DNA of 63,822 nucleotides, filler included, from Reclinomonas americana ATCC 50394 (lineage: Eukaryota): the NCBI GenBank assembly GCA_048213135.1. It is 11 parts of 11 records of this genome, joined end to end, with 100 filler letters (N's around TTAATTAATTAA, not from the genome) between each part and the next. Parts side by side here need not be neighbours in the genome. Positions count along the whole stretch, not along the records: positions 36,971 to 47,269 come from AFZH01018086.1; positions 47,370 to 56,704 come from AFZH01018087.1; 9 more parts are not named here. The stretch is one strand, 5' to 3'. Below are positions 40,947 through 54,200 of the stretch, one piece after another; positions within the stretch are counted from its first letter, which is position 1, and each line of letters begins with the position of its first letter. A model generated the notes under the pieces. It saw only the letters and a program-made list of their open reading frames with translations, was not told the DNA's origin and made no database searches. Position numbers and translations under genes: made by a program.

Positions 40947-42164
40947 ATGAGTGTGCAAGAGCTGTGTGCGTCGTTCTCGTTTGCGCATGAGGAGCTGAAT
41001 GCGCGACTGGAGGAGGTGCGCAAGAGTGTTTCTGCACTTGTGGAGGCGCGATTGAGAGCGCGTAATGCGCATGAGGAGTGGCTGCAAGCACGAGGTCTCT
41101 CTCTTTACTCTTGACTTGCAGTCTGTGTGTGGGCACTGATGAGCGCGTGGCACAGTGTGTGCTCGGCAAGTGTTTGAGGAGCGAGTAGCAGTGGTGCAAC
41201 GCGCTGCGCGGAGTGCCTCTGTGGAGGAGGGAGTGCGCGAGTTTGTCTGTGCATGTGTGGCGATGCGAGTGGCGGTGCTGGCGGCGGAGAAGCAGGCGGA
41301 TGCGTTGCGTGACACGCCGGATGCGGGTGTGGCGGCGGCAGTGGCCGAGTTCAATCGATTGGTGGAGGAGCTGGCGGGCGAGGCGGAGCGAGTGGGAGAG
41401 CGAGTGGTGCGTCTACAACTGATGCATGCAAAGTTGTGGTGCTTACTGTAGTGTAGCCGTGGTTTATTCCGTACATGGCGGCGACGGGTGACACGGGCAA
41501 GGTCGACCTCGGTGGACGATTGCTGGACGCCAATGGGTTTTCGATATTCGAGACCAAGGCGCGTTGTGCATGATTGGTTAAGTTTGTTGGCGTTCTTTGT
41601 TGCTCACGTGTAGGCGTGCAGTGTGCGATCAGTGGATGGGTGATTCAGGATGGAGCGATGGGCGAGGGCACTGCGCGGTATCGGTGTTTGGATGTGGTGC
41701 GCTCGGATCGCTCGGTGGAGTGTCACGAGGCGCTGTCGGTGGTGCTGGAGGCGCTGCAGCGGATGGAGGCGTCGGGTGCGCTGCCGGCCGGCGCTGCCAT
41801 GTCGATGCTGTTGCAAGAAGTGGAGGGTGTCGGAGAGGAGAGTGGCGGGCATCCACTGGCCACGCTGTCGGCCACGCGCCATGCTGTGTTTGCGCTGGAG
41901 ACCAACCACCCGGTGTTTCTGTACAATGGCGTCATTGGTGCGTCCGTCCGCACTGTGAGAGAAGGTGTAACGTGCCTGCCTGACGCTGCGGTCTCTGCAG
42001 ATGCGAAATCCCCGGCCGAGGCACTGAATCGTGCATTCGCCGCCTATCCGAATCGCCCAGCTGTCGGCATGCCCGCACATCGCATCGATGAAACCAACAT
42101 GCCATTCGGGCGGCAGTGCGACATGGCAGTGGAGGCGTGAGTAGCCGTGTGCCGATATGGTTAA

Positions 42165-42199
<35 letters not shown>

Positions 42200-45100
42200 G
42201 CTCTCCCCCATCGTCTCCCCCATCGACTCTCCCCTCCCCCTTCCCCCTTCCCCCTTCTTCTCCGCCTTCCCCCCTTCCTTCTCATCCCCTTTTGCACACC
42301 GCAGATACCGCTTCATGTCCTACCGCCGCATCGGCGAGCTGACGCGCATCTTGGCCAGCGCACTGGATCGCCTACTGCCGCCGGGTGTGTTTGTCGGTCT
42401 CGCCGGCGACAACCGCCTCGAATGGATCGTCACCGACTTTGCGTGCTCCGTTGCCTCACGCCATGCCATTGGCCTGCACAAGGTATCGGTTTCTCGCATC
42501 TCTCTCTCCTCCTCACGACACTTTCTCGCTCATCCGCAACATGGCAGACATTTTCGGCCAACGATTTGGACTTTGTTGTGCACAATGCTGAGCTGCATGC
42601 GATTGTCAGCGATCTCGAGTTCCTTCGTGTCGTCGCAACGGCCGCTCCACGCATCGCCGACGCGGTGCGTGTCGTGATTCTCATGGATGACGCGGCGCCG
42701 GCGGCATTGCTGGCGCCCTTGGCACACCAGTTGAGCGAGGCCGGCATTCGATTGGTGCTGCTGAGTGAGCTGGTGGCCGGCGTGGTGGAAGCCGCGTTGC
42801 CGGTGCTCGACGAGGAGCCACGCTCCATCTTTGCCGTGCTGTACACGAGTGGTTCGACAGGTCAGCCAAAAGGCGTCACCGTGACCTCGGAGGTTTCGTA
42901 CTCGTCAAGAAAAAATGTCACACAAGTGTGCGTCGGTGCTGAGCAGCGCGTCGTGCAGATGTTCCTGAAGGACATTTCCAGCTCCGGCTTCATGGACGTG
43001 TATCCGGTGGCCGGCTGCTCGTACATTCCACTGTCGCACTCCACCGACCGCATGCGCGTGTGGGAAACAATGATTCAGGGCGGGCGCATCGGCTTCTGCA
43101 ACTACCACTACACCAACTGGGTCGACCACGAGACCGTGAAGAAGGACCAGCTTGTGCATGTGAGTGTGGGGGGAAAGGGAGCATGAGTGACGAGATGTCA
43201 GAGAGAGATCTCACGCTCGTTGGCACGCCAGGATCACGACACGGGCACCAACAACGTGGAGACGCTGCTGGAGGATCTGCGGCTGGTGCGGCCCACCATT
43301 TTCATTGGTCCACCGCGCATCTGGAATGGGATTTATGAGGTGCGACTCTGTGTATGCACTTATCTGCAGGACGACTTGTGCTCACGATCCTGTGCACAGA
43401 TCTGGGGACGTAGCGTAAGGAGGCATGTCGCCAATGGCGCAGCAGTCGAGGAGGCAGAGCAATTAGCCAGCGAGGAATGTCGGCAGATTCTCGGCAATCG
43501 CGTGGTGCACTGTGCCACCGGTGAGTTCATGTCTGTTTCTATCCGTTGGCGTGCGTGAAGTCTCACTTGTGTGGCAGGCGGTGCGCCGACGAGCGAGAAA
43601 GTCAAGGTGTGGGTGCGAAAGCTGCTTCCAGACGTGGCATTCATCGACTCGTATGGTGCCACCGAGTGCGGTGGCATTGCACGCGACGGCGTCGTCATGC
43701 CGAGTGTGGAGATGAAGCTCGTGGATCATCCCGACATTGTGAGTCGCTGTACACGACTGGATGTGTGAGAGGCAGCTCGTCTCATCTACCTGTGCTCTCA
43801 GGGGTTCACCAACGCCGACAAGCCGTTCCCTCGCGGTGAAATCGCCGTTCGCTCTTTCTTTGTGTCACCTGGTTATCTCAAGTTGCGTAATGTCTGCCCG
43901 TGTTGTGTGGCCACTTCGTGCTCACCACTCGTGCACTGCAGAGATCCAGTGAAGACGGCAGAGGCGTTTCACGATGGGTGGTTCCACACAGGTGAACGTA
44001 CTTCGTTTTACGTCTCCTCTGGTGATCCATCTTCCTCACGTTCTCCGCAGGCGATCTGGGCATGGTGGACGGCGATGGAAAGCTGCACATTCTCGAGCGC
44101 GCCAATGTTTCGTGTGCCGTCGACAATGCCACCCACTTGCTTCTCGATTCTGGTCATCTTCTCGGTTCCAAATGCACCTCTTTACATTTTCTTGAGTGAT
44201 TCTCGATTCTGGTCTTCATCTCGATTCTTGGGGCACCTCTCTCTCTCTGGATCCTTTGCTTTCTTCCCTGTCAGTTTGTCCTCCATTTCTTTCTGCAGCT
44301 GCACGCTGTTCTCGATTCTGGTCTGCTTCGCGCTTCCAAACTTACTTTCTGAGCCTGATCTTTCTCCCCTGTCAATTTGTCCTCTATTTCTTTCTGCAGC
44401 TGCAGGCTATTCTCGCTTCCTGATACACTCTCTTGATCCCGTTCTTTCTCCAATGCGTTCCTTCTGCCACCGCCCTTGATCATGACCCTTGATTCTTTCG
44501 ATTCTCGTCTTCTTCCGACTTCCTGCTGCAACCCTCTCTTTCTCTTGATCCCGCTCCTCTTCCCCTGTTCTCCCTTTCCCCCTTCTGTGCTGACTCCACT
44601 CAACGCGCGCAGGCCGTTCAAAGTCTCTCCACCGGCCAAGTGTACTGTCCGACGCATCTGGAGAGCCTCTTTGAAGAGAGCACCCTGGTGCGTGGCACAC
44701 ACCTTGTCGATTATTATTGTTTGGTGCGCTGACTCTCTCTGCAGGTTCACGGCGTGTATGTGCATGGCGAGCCGCAACGAGACCACCTCGTTGCCGTGGT
44801 GGTGCCGTCGGAATCCGCTCGCGACTCGGTCACGCCTGCAGCGGTACGCTTGTCTCGCCCTTTCCCTCCTTCCCGGCCGTTGCTCACCGCACCCAGGTCC
44901 TCGACGATTTCAACCGCCTGGCTGCGCTGCGTGGTGCGTCGCTTTCCCACTCCCTCTGTTTTCCCCGTCGCCTTCTCACACCTGTATCACAGGCCTGGAG
45001 CCACACCAAGTGCCACAGGCGGTGCACCTCACGCTGGACGAGTGGCGCGCCGACGGCGACGCGCTGCTCAATCTGCATTTCAAGAAAATGTTGCGTGCAC

Positions 45101-45209
45101 GCACCTCCCTCACGTTCCATCACTGTGCCCTCACACCCAAGTACACAGTCGCCGCAACTTTGCTCGCCACTACCGCGATCAGCTGCAGGCACTGTACGAG
45201 AGCAGCTGA
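40947..45209 (+). CDS. AMP-binding long-chain acyl-CoA synthetase-like (ANL family) enzyme with long N-terminal extension
   Basis: YTSGSTGQPKGV, SYIPLSHSTDR, LLEDLRLVRPTIFIGPPRIW, DSYGATECGGI, DKPFPRGEIAVRS, FHDGWFHT|GDLG, ..RRNFARHYRDQLQALYESS*. Confidence 0.85.
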
Positions 45210-45273
45210 CAGCAATAATTCCTTTCATACAAGATTGTTTTTTTCTCTGTGGCTCCTGGTCACGAGAGCATCA

Positions 45274-46370
45274 TCAGATCAGCGACTCGAGGAACTCCTC
45301 AAACAGCCGATGGCAGTCGTCGAGGTTTCCCGGGTGCAGATTGATGTCTTGCGCCTTCAAGTGCATCATTTCTCGTGCTGCGCAAGCAAGAGTGTGAGAC
45401 AGACAAAGAGAGATATTGGTGACGGATGCTGTGGTACGCAACGCAGTTTGACGGGTCCATGCAGCGCTCCCGAGTGTGGTCGATTCGAGAGAATGAGGCA
45501 CTGATCGCTCTTCAGGCCGCTGTTGACGACCACTGTGTCGTACCTGAGAATCCCGTCAAAATGAGCACACTCACAGAGAAAGAGACTACATGCATAGAAG
45601 AGACTCAGACGCACCAGCTCTTGATCTCCGCCTCGTGCGCTCGCACTTCCGGATTGAACACCAGCAATGCGCCATTCATGTCGGCCAGCACTGCCGGCAG
45701 GGTGCTTTCAAACCTACGCATCACTCGCTCATCAGAATACAGTAGTGGCAGCAGTGCTACTGACAGACTCGTGCGTAACTTGCGATCGCCAGACGCATCC
45801 CACAACTCCACGTGCACCTGTCGGCCCTGAATGAATCGCTCGACCTCGAAGATCCTGCGATCGTCACACACAAAGACTAGTCAATACGAGGGAGAGGGAG
45901 AGAGAGAGAGAGGAGGGGAGAAGGAGGACGGCGAATGAAGCGAGACTGAGAGAACTGCACTGAATGATCACGAGTGAACGAGGACTGGAGAAAGACAGTA
46001 AGTGATCACGAGCGCGTGGGATACCGCGAGTGCGTTCACGAGTGAAAGAGTGTTTGAGCGAGTACGAGAGACTGGTGAGGGGGACTGAGATGAAGTTGTC
46101 TCTTGGGAGTTGTCCATCGTGATCGCATCACAGTCTCTCTCTCCTTCCCTCACTCATCAGCACCCACTCCAGCACTCTTTCCCGTTCTCACCCACTCACC
46201 CAAGCACCACTCACGATCACTGTCTCCATCTCTTTCTCACCCGTGATCACTCACTTTCCCCTCCTCACTCACGCGTGATCGCGCACTCAAACCGTCTCCC
46301 CCAGTTGTCCTCACTCTTGATAGCGCTACCTCCCCATGATATACACTCACACAGCCACGATCACACACAC

Positions 46371-46407
<37 letters not shown>

Positions 46408-47003
46408 TGATCAATTACACTCCCCTCCTCAGACGCGCATGATCACTCACTCTACCAGTCTTCAGTTGTCCATACTCTTGATCGTGCTGCCTCACCATCA
46501 TATACACGCACAAGCACAGCCACGATCACACACTCACCCAGTCTTCCTGGTCCACGATCTCCCTCTCTGCCTCCTTCCAACGTATCCTGATCACTCTCAC
46601 TCATGATCACTCACTCTCCCCTCCACTCAAACAGTCTCCGTCACTCAAACAGTCTCCGTCACTCGTGATCACTCTTCCCTCACCATCACACACACACACA
46701 CACTCACACACATCTTCTCTCTCTCTCTCGCTCCCTTCCCATCCCTTATCCCTCCTCCCTTCTCCTTTCATTCCACCCTCCCTTCGCACCTCACACCCGC
46801 AGTGGGAATATACGGGCAATCCGCTGGATCCTTGATCGTCTCCGCCAGCACGTTGGTGATCAACGACTTGCCCGAGCCTACCAAAACGCGCGAAAATATA
46901 ACCGTCAACTCAACAAAATAACGCTCTCGCACACACAGACACAGACACAGACAAGCACACCTTGCGGCCCAGCAATCACCACCTTCAGTGTCGTCGACGC
47001 CAT
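45274..47003 (-). CDS. IFT22: Intraflagellar transport protein 22 (RABL5)
   Basis: MASTTLKVVIAGPQG|SGKSLITNVLAE..YIPTAGVR|IFEVER..VELWDASGDRK|FESTLPAVLADMNGALLVFNPE; no NKxD motif, as expected for IFT22. Confidence 0.88.
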
Positions 47004-47097
47004 TCACACACGCACAAACAAACAAAGAGAAACGTTGTTGTTGCGAGTACGATGAGTCACTGTCAGTGATCGATTAATTGTCTCTCTTTTTCTCACA

Positions 47098-48100
47098 ATG
47101 GCCTCGCCCGCACTCATCGCCGCTCTCCTCGCCGTCATCACCATTGGCGTGGTACTCGTGTGGCTCATTGCCAAGTGGCATCGCGAGGCCAGAGAACGCG
47201 ATGCAAAGGCCGCGCTGGAGGCACTGGCTGCTGCAGCAGCAGCTGACACGGGTGTTGCGCCTGCTGCTGNNNNNNNNNNNNNNNNNNNNNNNNNNNNNNN
47301 NNNNNNNNNNNNNTTAATTAATTAANNNNNNNNNNNNNNNNNNNNNNNNNNNNNNNNNNNNNNNNNNNNCCGGCAGTACCAGCAGGAGATGAAGAAGCAG
47401 GAGGAGGAGAGGCGGCAGAAGGAGGCCGAGGAGGAGCAAGCTCGGGAGGAGGAGGAGAGGCGGTTGGCCAAGGAGGAGGCGGAGCGCAAGGCCAAGGCCG
47501 AGGCGGTGCGCGTGGATCTTTTTTGGGGGGTCTTGCTTACTCGCACTCACACGTGGCGCAGGAGGAGTACGCCAAGTGGGAGGACATGTTCGCAGTAGAG
47601 GAGACGGGTGTGGAAAAGGCGGCGCGAGGCAAGGGCAACGATACGTCGGCCGCGCAGCAGCGCTTCGTTGACTATGTGCGCGAACGCAAGGTGGTGCGAT
47701 TGGAGGACCTGGCCGTCGAGTTTGAGATGAACACGGCGGTGCGTGCAGCGCATACACACGCACACACATAAAGCGCAGGGGGATGACCTTGTTCACCCTC
47801 CCTTCCCCTTCCCCTCCCTCCCTCCCTCTCCCTCCCTCTCCCTCCCTCTCCCTCCCTCTCCCTCCCTCTCCCTCCCTCTCCCTCCCTCCCTCCCTCTCAC
47901 TCTCGCAGACCGTGGTCAGCCGCCTGACCGCACTCGACGAGTCGGGCAAGTTGACGGGCATCATTGACGACCGAGGCAAGTTCATCTGCATCACCAACGA
48001 CGAGCTGAAGGCTGTGGCCGACTACATCACCGTCAAGGGACGCGTGTCCATCTCCGAGCTCACAAAGAAGGCCAACCAGCTGATTCGGTTCGATGCGTGA
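47098..48100 (+). CDS. DDRGK1: DDRGK domain-containing protein 1 (UFBP1); spans gap 9
   Basis: N-terminal TM, E/R/K coiled coil, EEYAKWEDMFAVEETG, FVDYVRERKVVRLEDLAVEF, LTGIIDDRGKFICIT..KGRVSISEL. Confidence 0.95.
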
Positions 48101-48210
48101 TGCGTGAGTGCATGAGTGAAAGCCATTGTTTGGGTGGCGACGAAACAACACAAGTGACGGCTTGCATTTTTTTCGTTCCCTATTAAAAAAAGAATTGTAC
48201 AAGGTGTGTG

Positions 48211-51200
48211 TCATCTAGGAGGGTGGAAGCGCGCAATCGTTTCCGGAGCAAAGAAGCGCGCAAAGTCAGGCTCGGCCGACCAGTGCTGCGCGGCCAACTC
48301 GTACACGCGCAGGAATACGCGCACAAAGCGCGCTGGCGAATAGAAATAATCAAAGATACCAGCAGGTGGTTGAAGAGCCTGCCACACAGAACAACAACAG
48401 AGCGTGAGCTCGAGTCTTTCTCTTCCGTACATGAAAAAAACCCAACACAGACCTCTTTGGTTTGCGGTGTGTATTCGCGATAGTGGTTGCACACGTTGCG
48501 CGTCAGGCGCAACAAGTCAGTGGCGCTGTTCTTGTCGTACTTGCGATACGATCCGCAGTCGACGGCCACAAAGTCGTCGAGCTTGGCGATCCACCCGTCG
48601 GGACCTGCAGCAACACGAGATAAACAGAGCTGTCGCCACCATCGCTCCGGTGCATCAACACACTGACCGACAAGCGCCGGCGACTCCCGCGTCAGACTCT
48701 CCCACACAATGGACGGGCTGCCGCGCTCCTTGCCCAGCTGCTCGCTGACCTGGGAGATGAACATCATGCGCCGCTCGCCGTCCCAGAACGCCGGGTGCGC
48801 GCGAACTTCTTGCATCGATGGTCTGTGCCGCGGTGTGTAATGAGCACAACACACACTCTCTCATCAATGCACGCAGCACTTCCTCCACCGACCTGCTGTT
48901 GGGATCGGCCTGAATCATCGACTGAATAAGCACCTTATGCAGCGGCAAGTGATCGACGCCGCGGAGATCGGCACGCCCACGCAGAATGTTGTGCTCGCGC
49001 GAGTGCCTGCACCCGCTTGTCAATCCACAGCACGACAGCAAGAGCACGATGACGACGACACCAACAACGCAACACGTCGCCAAACGGATGCTTGCCCTTG
49101 GTGAGCACATAGTAAAACACACAACCGACAGCAAACACATCCATGGCCTTGGTCATGCGACCCTGGTTCAGAATCTGTCGGGTACACACATTCAGAACAC
49201 ACAGTCCATCCCTTCCTGACACATTCAAGTGCATCAAAATGCGCACCTCTGGTGCCTGCCAGCCAAAGGTGCCGTACTGATCCAGTGTTTGGAACGAGAT
49301 CTGATCACGGGTGAGGATTTTGCCGGTGCCCATGTCGGAGATCTTGACCCTGTGTGCGCCACACGAGTCAGCACATGCGGGAGAGACAGTGGCGACACAC
49401 GCGATTGTCTGCTCACCTGTTGTCGATGCCCACCAGAATGTTTGCCGGCTTGATATCTCGATGGACGATATTCAAGCTGTGCAAATGGGCAATACCAGCC
49501 GCCACGCCCTCAATGGCCTGCGCGTCACGAGTGAGCAAGAGGAGTGAGGGAGAATGCAAACGCAAGAGATGCACACCTTCATGGCCACCTCGGTCGACAT
49601 CTCTGGCAGAATGTCCGAGAGATTGCCAGTACACCGCTCCAGCACGAGATACACAAATTGGCCATCGGATTCCTGTCGCACAGACAAAGAATGCCGTGTG
49701 AATACGTGCGCACATCATCTCACCCAACACAAAAACAACAAAACCTTGGCGTAGTAGCGGACGACATTGGGATGATCGTCCGACGATACCTGCATGCATC
49801 CACCAAGTCAGTGCACGGGACTGACAAACAAGGTCGTTGGAGAGAGAACTCACCAGAATCTTGATTTCTGTGTCGCTGACATCGAAGAACTCGCACAGCA
49901 TGCGTTTGACGGCCACAGGTCGGCCACCCAACAGACCGGCATACACCACGGTGCCGTCTTTTCCGCGACCTGTTCAGTTGCACTCAACAGTCAGGCATTC
50001 GTCATTGGTGCTGATAACAAGCGCGCAAATCGCACCAAGAATGTCGCGCTGAATCTCCAAACTGCCGACACGAGTGACACCATCCGGTGTGACCTCCTTG
50101 TCCGGCTGGAACTTTGGAGGCCCTGCACAACATGCACACGTGAGTCAATGAGAGTGAACGAGCATCGCAATAGTCGTCGCAATGTGACGCACTGCCCCGA
50201 GAACTCGACTGCGATGGGCGAGGAGGGTAAGAAATTACGATAAACACACAATGACACGGCACATGGGTACGCACCGACGACCACGATCCCCACGACGGCG
50301 ACTCCTCGTCTGCATCTCCCGCAGCTGCGGTCGGCGCCGCTGCAGTTGCTGGTGGTTGCGGCGGTGGCGGCGGTGGCGGAGGCAACGATTGCACCGGTGG
50401 CGGTGCTTGTTGTGGAGGCGGAGCAGCAGCAGTCAATGGCGGCGTCGAGGTGGCAGATTTCGGCGGTGTTGGTGCGACATGCGCCGGCTCAACCGGCGCG
50501 TCTTCAGGCTCCGGCTCGTCACCACTGTGCGTCTCGTCGTCCGACGGCTCATCCGAGGCGACTGCTGGTCTCTGCGAGCGCCCAGCCTTGCCACCCTTCT
50601 TGCCGGCCTTGCCACCCTTCTTGCCCGCTGCTGGTGCCTTCTTGCCACCGGCGACTCCGCTGCCGGTGTTATTCGACACCTGGCTCGGCTTGGAGCCACC
50701 ACGGGAGGCAGTATTCTACCAGGGATGGTCAGCAAGCAGGAAACAGAGAGAGGAAAAGTGGAAGTAGAACACACACCTTGCTCGGTCCAACAATGCACCG
50801 ATGTACGGCCACGACAATGCCCACAGGCAGCAACAGCATGCAGCACACGAGTGCAGCAGTGGCGGTCGGGTTCACCCGACTCAGTGCGAGCAACCAGTCA
50901 GCTGTGCCCCACCCGTCAGCATCGCACACACCTCGCACCACACGAACACAGCATGAGGGTTACGCAACCGAGAATGGTGATGAGCGGCGCAGTTGGCGGC
51001 ACAGGCTCGTACTTGGGGATCTTGCTGGTGCTGCCGAGTGACCTGTGCACACACACAAAGTGTTAGAAAACATCTCCTACCTTCCCTGACAGCAAGCATG
51101 CACGCAACGAATCCGTCGCCCGATCAGAGTCACCAGTCGCCACCTGCTCCGAATCTCCATGCGGCAACGCGAGGCGACCAGGCACAGCGATCGGTTCGCT

Positions 51201-54200
51201 TCGTGTCGGTCTCTCGTATCGCAGCTGGTGAGAGGGTGTGAGTCACCGATGAAGTACCACCACATGCGCCGTCACATTCACAAACCCCATCATCCAGCAG
51301 CGGCAGCTCGATCGGACGCGTCGGCGACGGCGCCACGCCCGGCTGTGCCACTTTGACTACGACAAACACGCCACCCTGAGAGCCCGCACTGCGCACGCGC
51401 ATAGAACCGTGTCAGCTGCGCATAAACACCCAGTGTAACGCGGTGACATCTGAGCGAGACCAACCTCGTGCCAATGGCTGTGCTCGGCAAGTCAATGGCC
51501 GGGAACGGACTCTCGTACGCCGGTCGCAGCACGTTGGACAACGCAGCGTCTGTGCAATCGTACACGCATGTGAGAAACTGCCACGATTTCACATGCACGC
51601 ATGTGGGAGACAGCGACAAAACTCTGCTGGTCCTCGCACTCGCGCATGAACCGATCGTAGTCTGCTGCCGAATACGCGCGATCAGATGTCAGCGTGCCGT
51701 CTGGGTCGCCCTTGCGCGGCCGCTTGGAGCAGTCCACACGCTGATGGTAGGCCCAATTGAAGGGCTTCAGTGCACTGGAATGATGCAAAAAAGGCACCGT
51801 GAGTCGCGGTGCGACAGGAACAGCAGAGAAATGCGCCACGCAACGCATCCGCAGCCGAATCCAGTGGTCCCGAGTTCTTCACCATGAAAATGTCCTCAAT
51901 GACGTAATGCGACGTGCCGTACTGGCCCACAAAGACAGCATCCTCATCGGCACTGCTTCTGTGATGATTTTTGCGAGTGAGCCCGACTGGCGCCGCAGTG
52001 TCTCCTTATGCACACACACTCACCCAGTGGCGTGCGTAATCAGCGGAACAAAGGAGCGCTCGAAATGCGTCGCTGTTGGCTGATACACAGAGGCCACCAC
52101 CGCCGACAGGCGGGCCTTGGATACGGCACGACCTGCAACCCCCCCTCCACGTAAATAACGCAACACGGATGACCGAAACGGTCAAGCTAGCAGGCGTACA
52201 CACCAGTGTGGCGATTGATGATCATCAGTTGGCCGTCGGCGGATCCGAGGTACACAAAGGCCGAGCAGCCAGTGCCATAGTTATCCTCGTCTACTCATCG
52301 GTCAGCAGTCACCTTTCTTCGATTTACATCACTTCCTTGACGCAACGATTCTGCTCGGGTTTGGCAAACGACGGGTGCAACTCGGTGTACGTGATGTTCC
52401 ATCTGCGCGACGCGAGGTGAGCAAAAGCGGCAGCGAGCGAGTGGAAATTTGGTGCACACAACTTTTCCTGGCTGCGCAGCGGATCCAGTGCGCTGACGTG
52501 GTAGTCAGTGCGCAGCACAAACAGCGAGTCCATCGGTCTGCATACGAGCGCGCAAGTCAGCGGGTGCAGATATTAAGATGGATTACGAGTCGACGCAACA
52601 CTTCATCGTCGGCAGCAATCGCAGTGGCTCCCACGGCAGCCTTTGTTTCGTGTCCTTGGTGAGCACACGCACGCGCGCGAATAACAAGAGTGTGTCGACA
52701 TGCGCACTCACCACATGGTCCACAGTTGTGGGCGACAGGCGCGTGCGAGGGCGCCCATCGCTCGACACGCTGCTCACGGACGCTTCGCGATGATACTGCT
52801 GGTCTGCCGTTGCGGCATCCGCCTGATCAGCCACCATGCTGTGCGACACGCGGAAGAGCTCTGCGGAAACCATGAGTTGACGATGGCGCCAGACAATGAG
52901 AACGCGAACGCCACAAACCTGTGCGCTGATTTACAATGTACAACGTGCCGTCGACGCCCCGGAACGGCGAGCGATGCGCAATGTCGACCACCGACATGGG
53001 CATTTTCTGTGATTGACTCAGTCACCAGCCACCAATCTCGGCGACATGCACCAATACCAACTCACCTCAATGCCGGTTGCGTTACTTCGCAAGTAAATGT
53101 GCCCGTCGAGTGACGGGATGAGCGAGTACGCGACTGGGTGCGCGCCACCAGTGCTGAGGTCACCACTGGAGCGCACCAACGGTCCACCACTAAAGACAGT
53201 GGACACAATGTCGCCAGTCATGGCGTGCACTCGGTGAATGTATCCGTCGACAGTCGACGCCAGGACCTCACACTCGCTTGGATCAGCAGGTGCCGTAAGA
53301 GTGCCGCCAGAGGACTGCGCGACCACCACAGGTGAGCTGCATGATAGAGAGGGAAAGGTGACGGCAAGGACACGCAACTCGAACCACCGGTAGAATACCA
53401 CCGGCGTCAATGGCGGCAACAAAATCCTTGGCCGTGGCCGCCTCGGCAGTCGAACCAGCAGCAGCGCGAGTGGCGCCAGCATTGCTCGACGTAGCACCGC
53501 GCTTGTTCGTTGCACCTTCCGACTGGCCAGCAGTTGTAGACGACGATTCGGGCTTCTTGATTGTGTCGCCTGGTTTGGTGGTTGACTCTTTTCGAGCCTT
53601 GTCATCCACCTTGGGAGCCGACTCCTGCTTCTTCGCCTTGTCATCTGACTTGGCGGCAGACTCTGGCTTCTTGCCCTTGTCATCCGGCTTGCCCACAGGC
53701 TCCTGCTTCTTGGCCTTGTCATCTACCTTGGCTGCTGCGGACTCCTGCTTCTTCGCCTTGTCATCCGGCTTGACAGCAGACTCCGGCTTCTTCGCCTTGT
53801 CATCCGGCTTGGCAGCCGACTCCTGCTTTTTGCCCTTGTCATCCGGCTTGATAGTTGTTGTTGCTGTTGTCGACTCCGATTTCTTGGCCTTCTCATCCAC
53901 CTTGGCAGCCGACTCCGGTTTCTTGGCCTTGTCATCCGGCTTGCCCACAGGCTCCTGCTTCTTGGCCTTGTCATCCGGCTTGGCAGCAGACTCCTGCTTC
54001 TTCGCCTTGTCATCCGGCTTGGCAGCAGCAGACTCCGGCTTCTTCGGCTTGTCATCCGGCTTGGCAGCAGACTCCTGCTTCTTCGCCTTGTCATCCACCT
54101 TGGGAGCCGACTCCTGCTTCTTCGCCTTGTCATCCACCTTGGCAGCCGACTCCTGCTTCTTCGGCTTGTCATCCGGCTTGACAGCCGACTCCTGCTTCTT

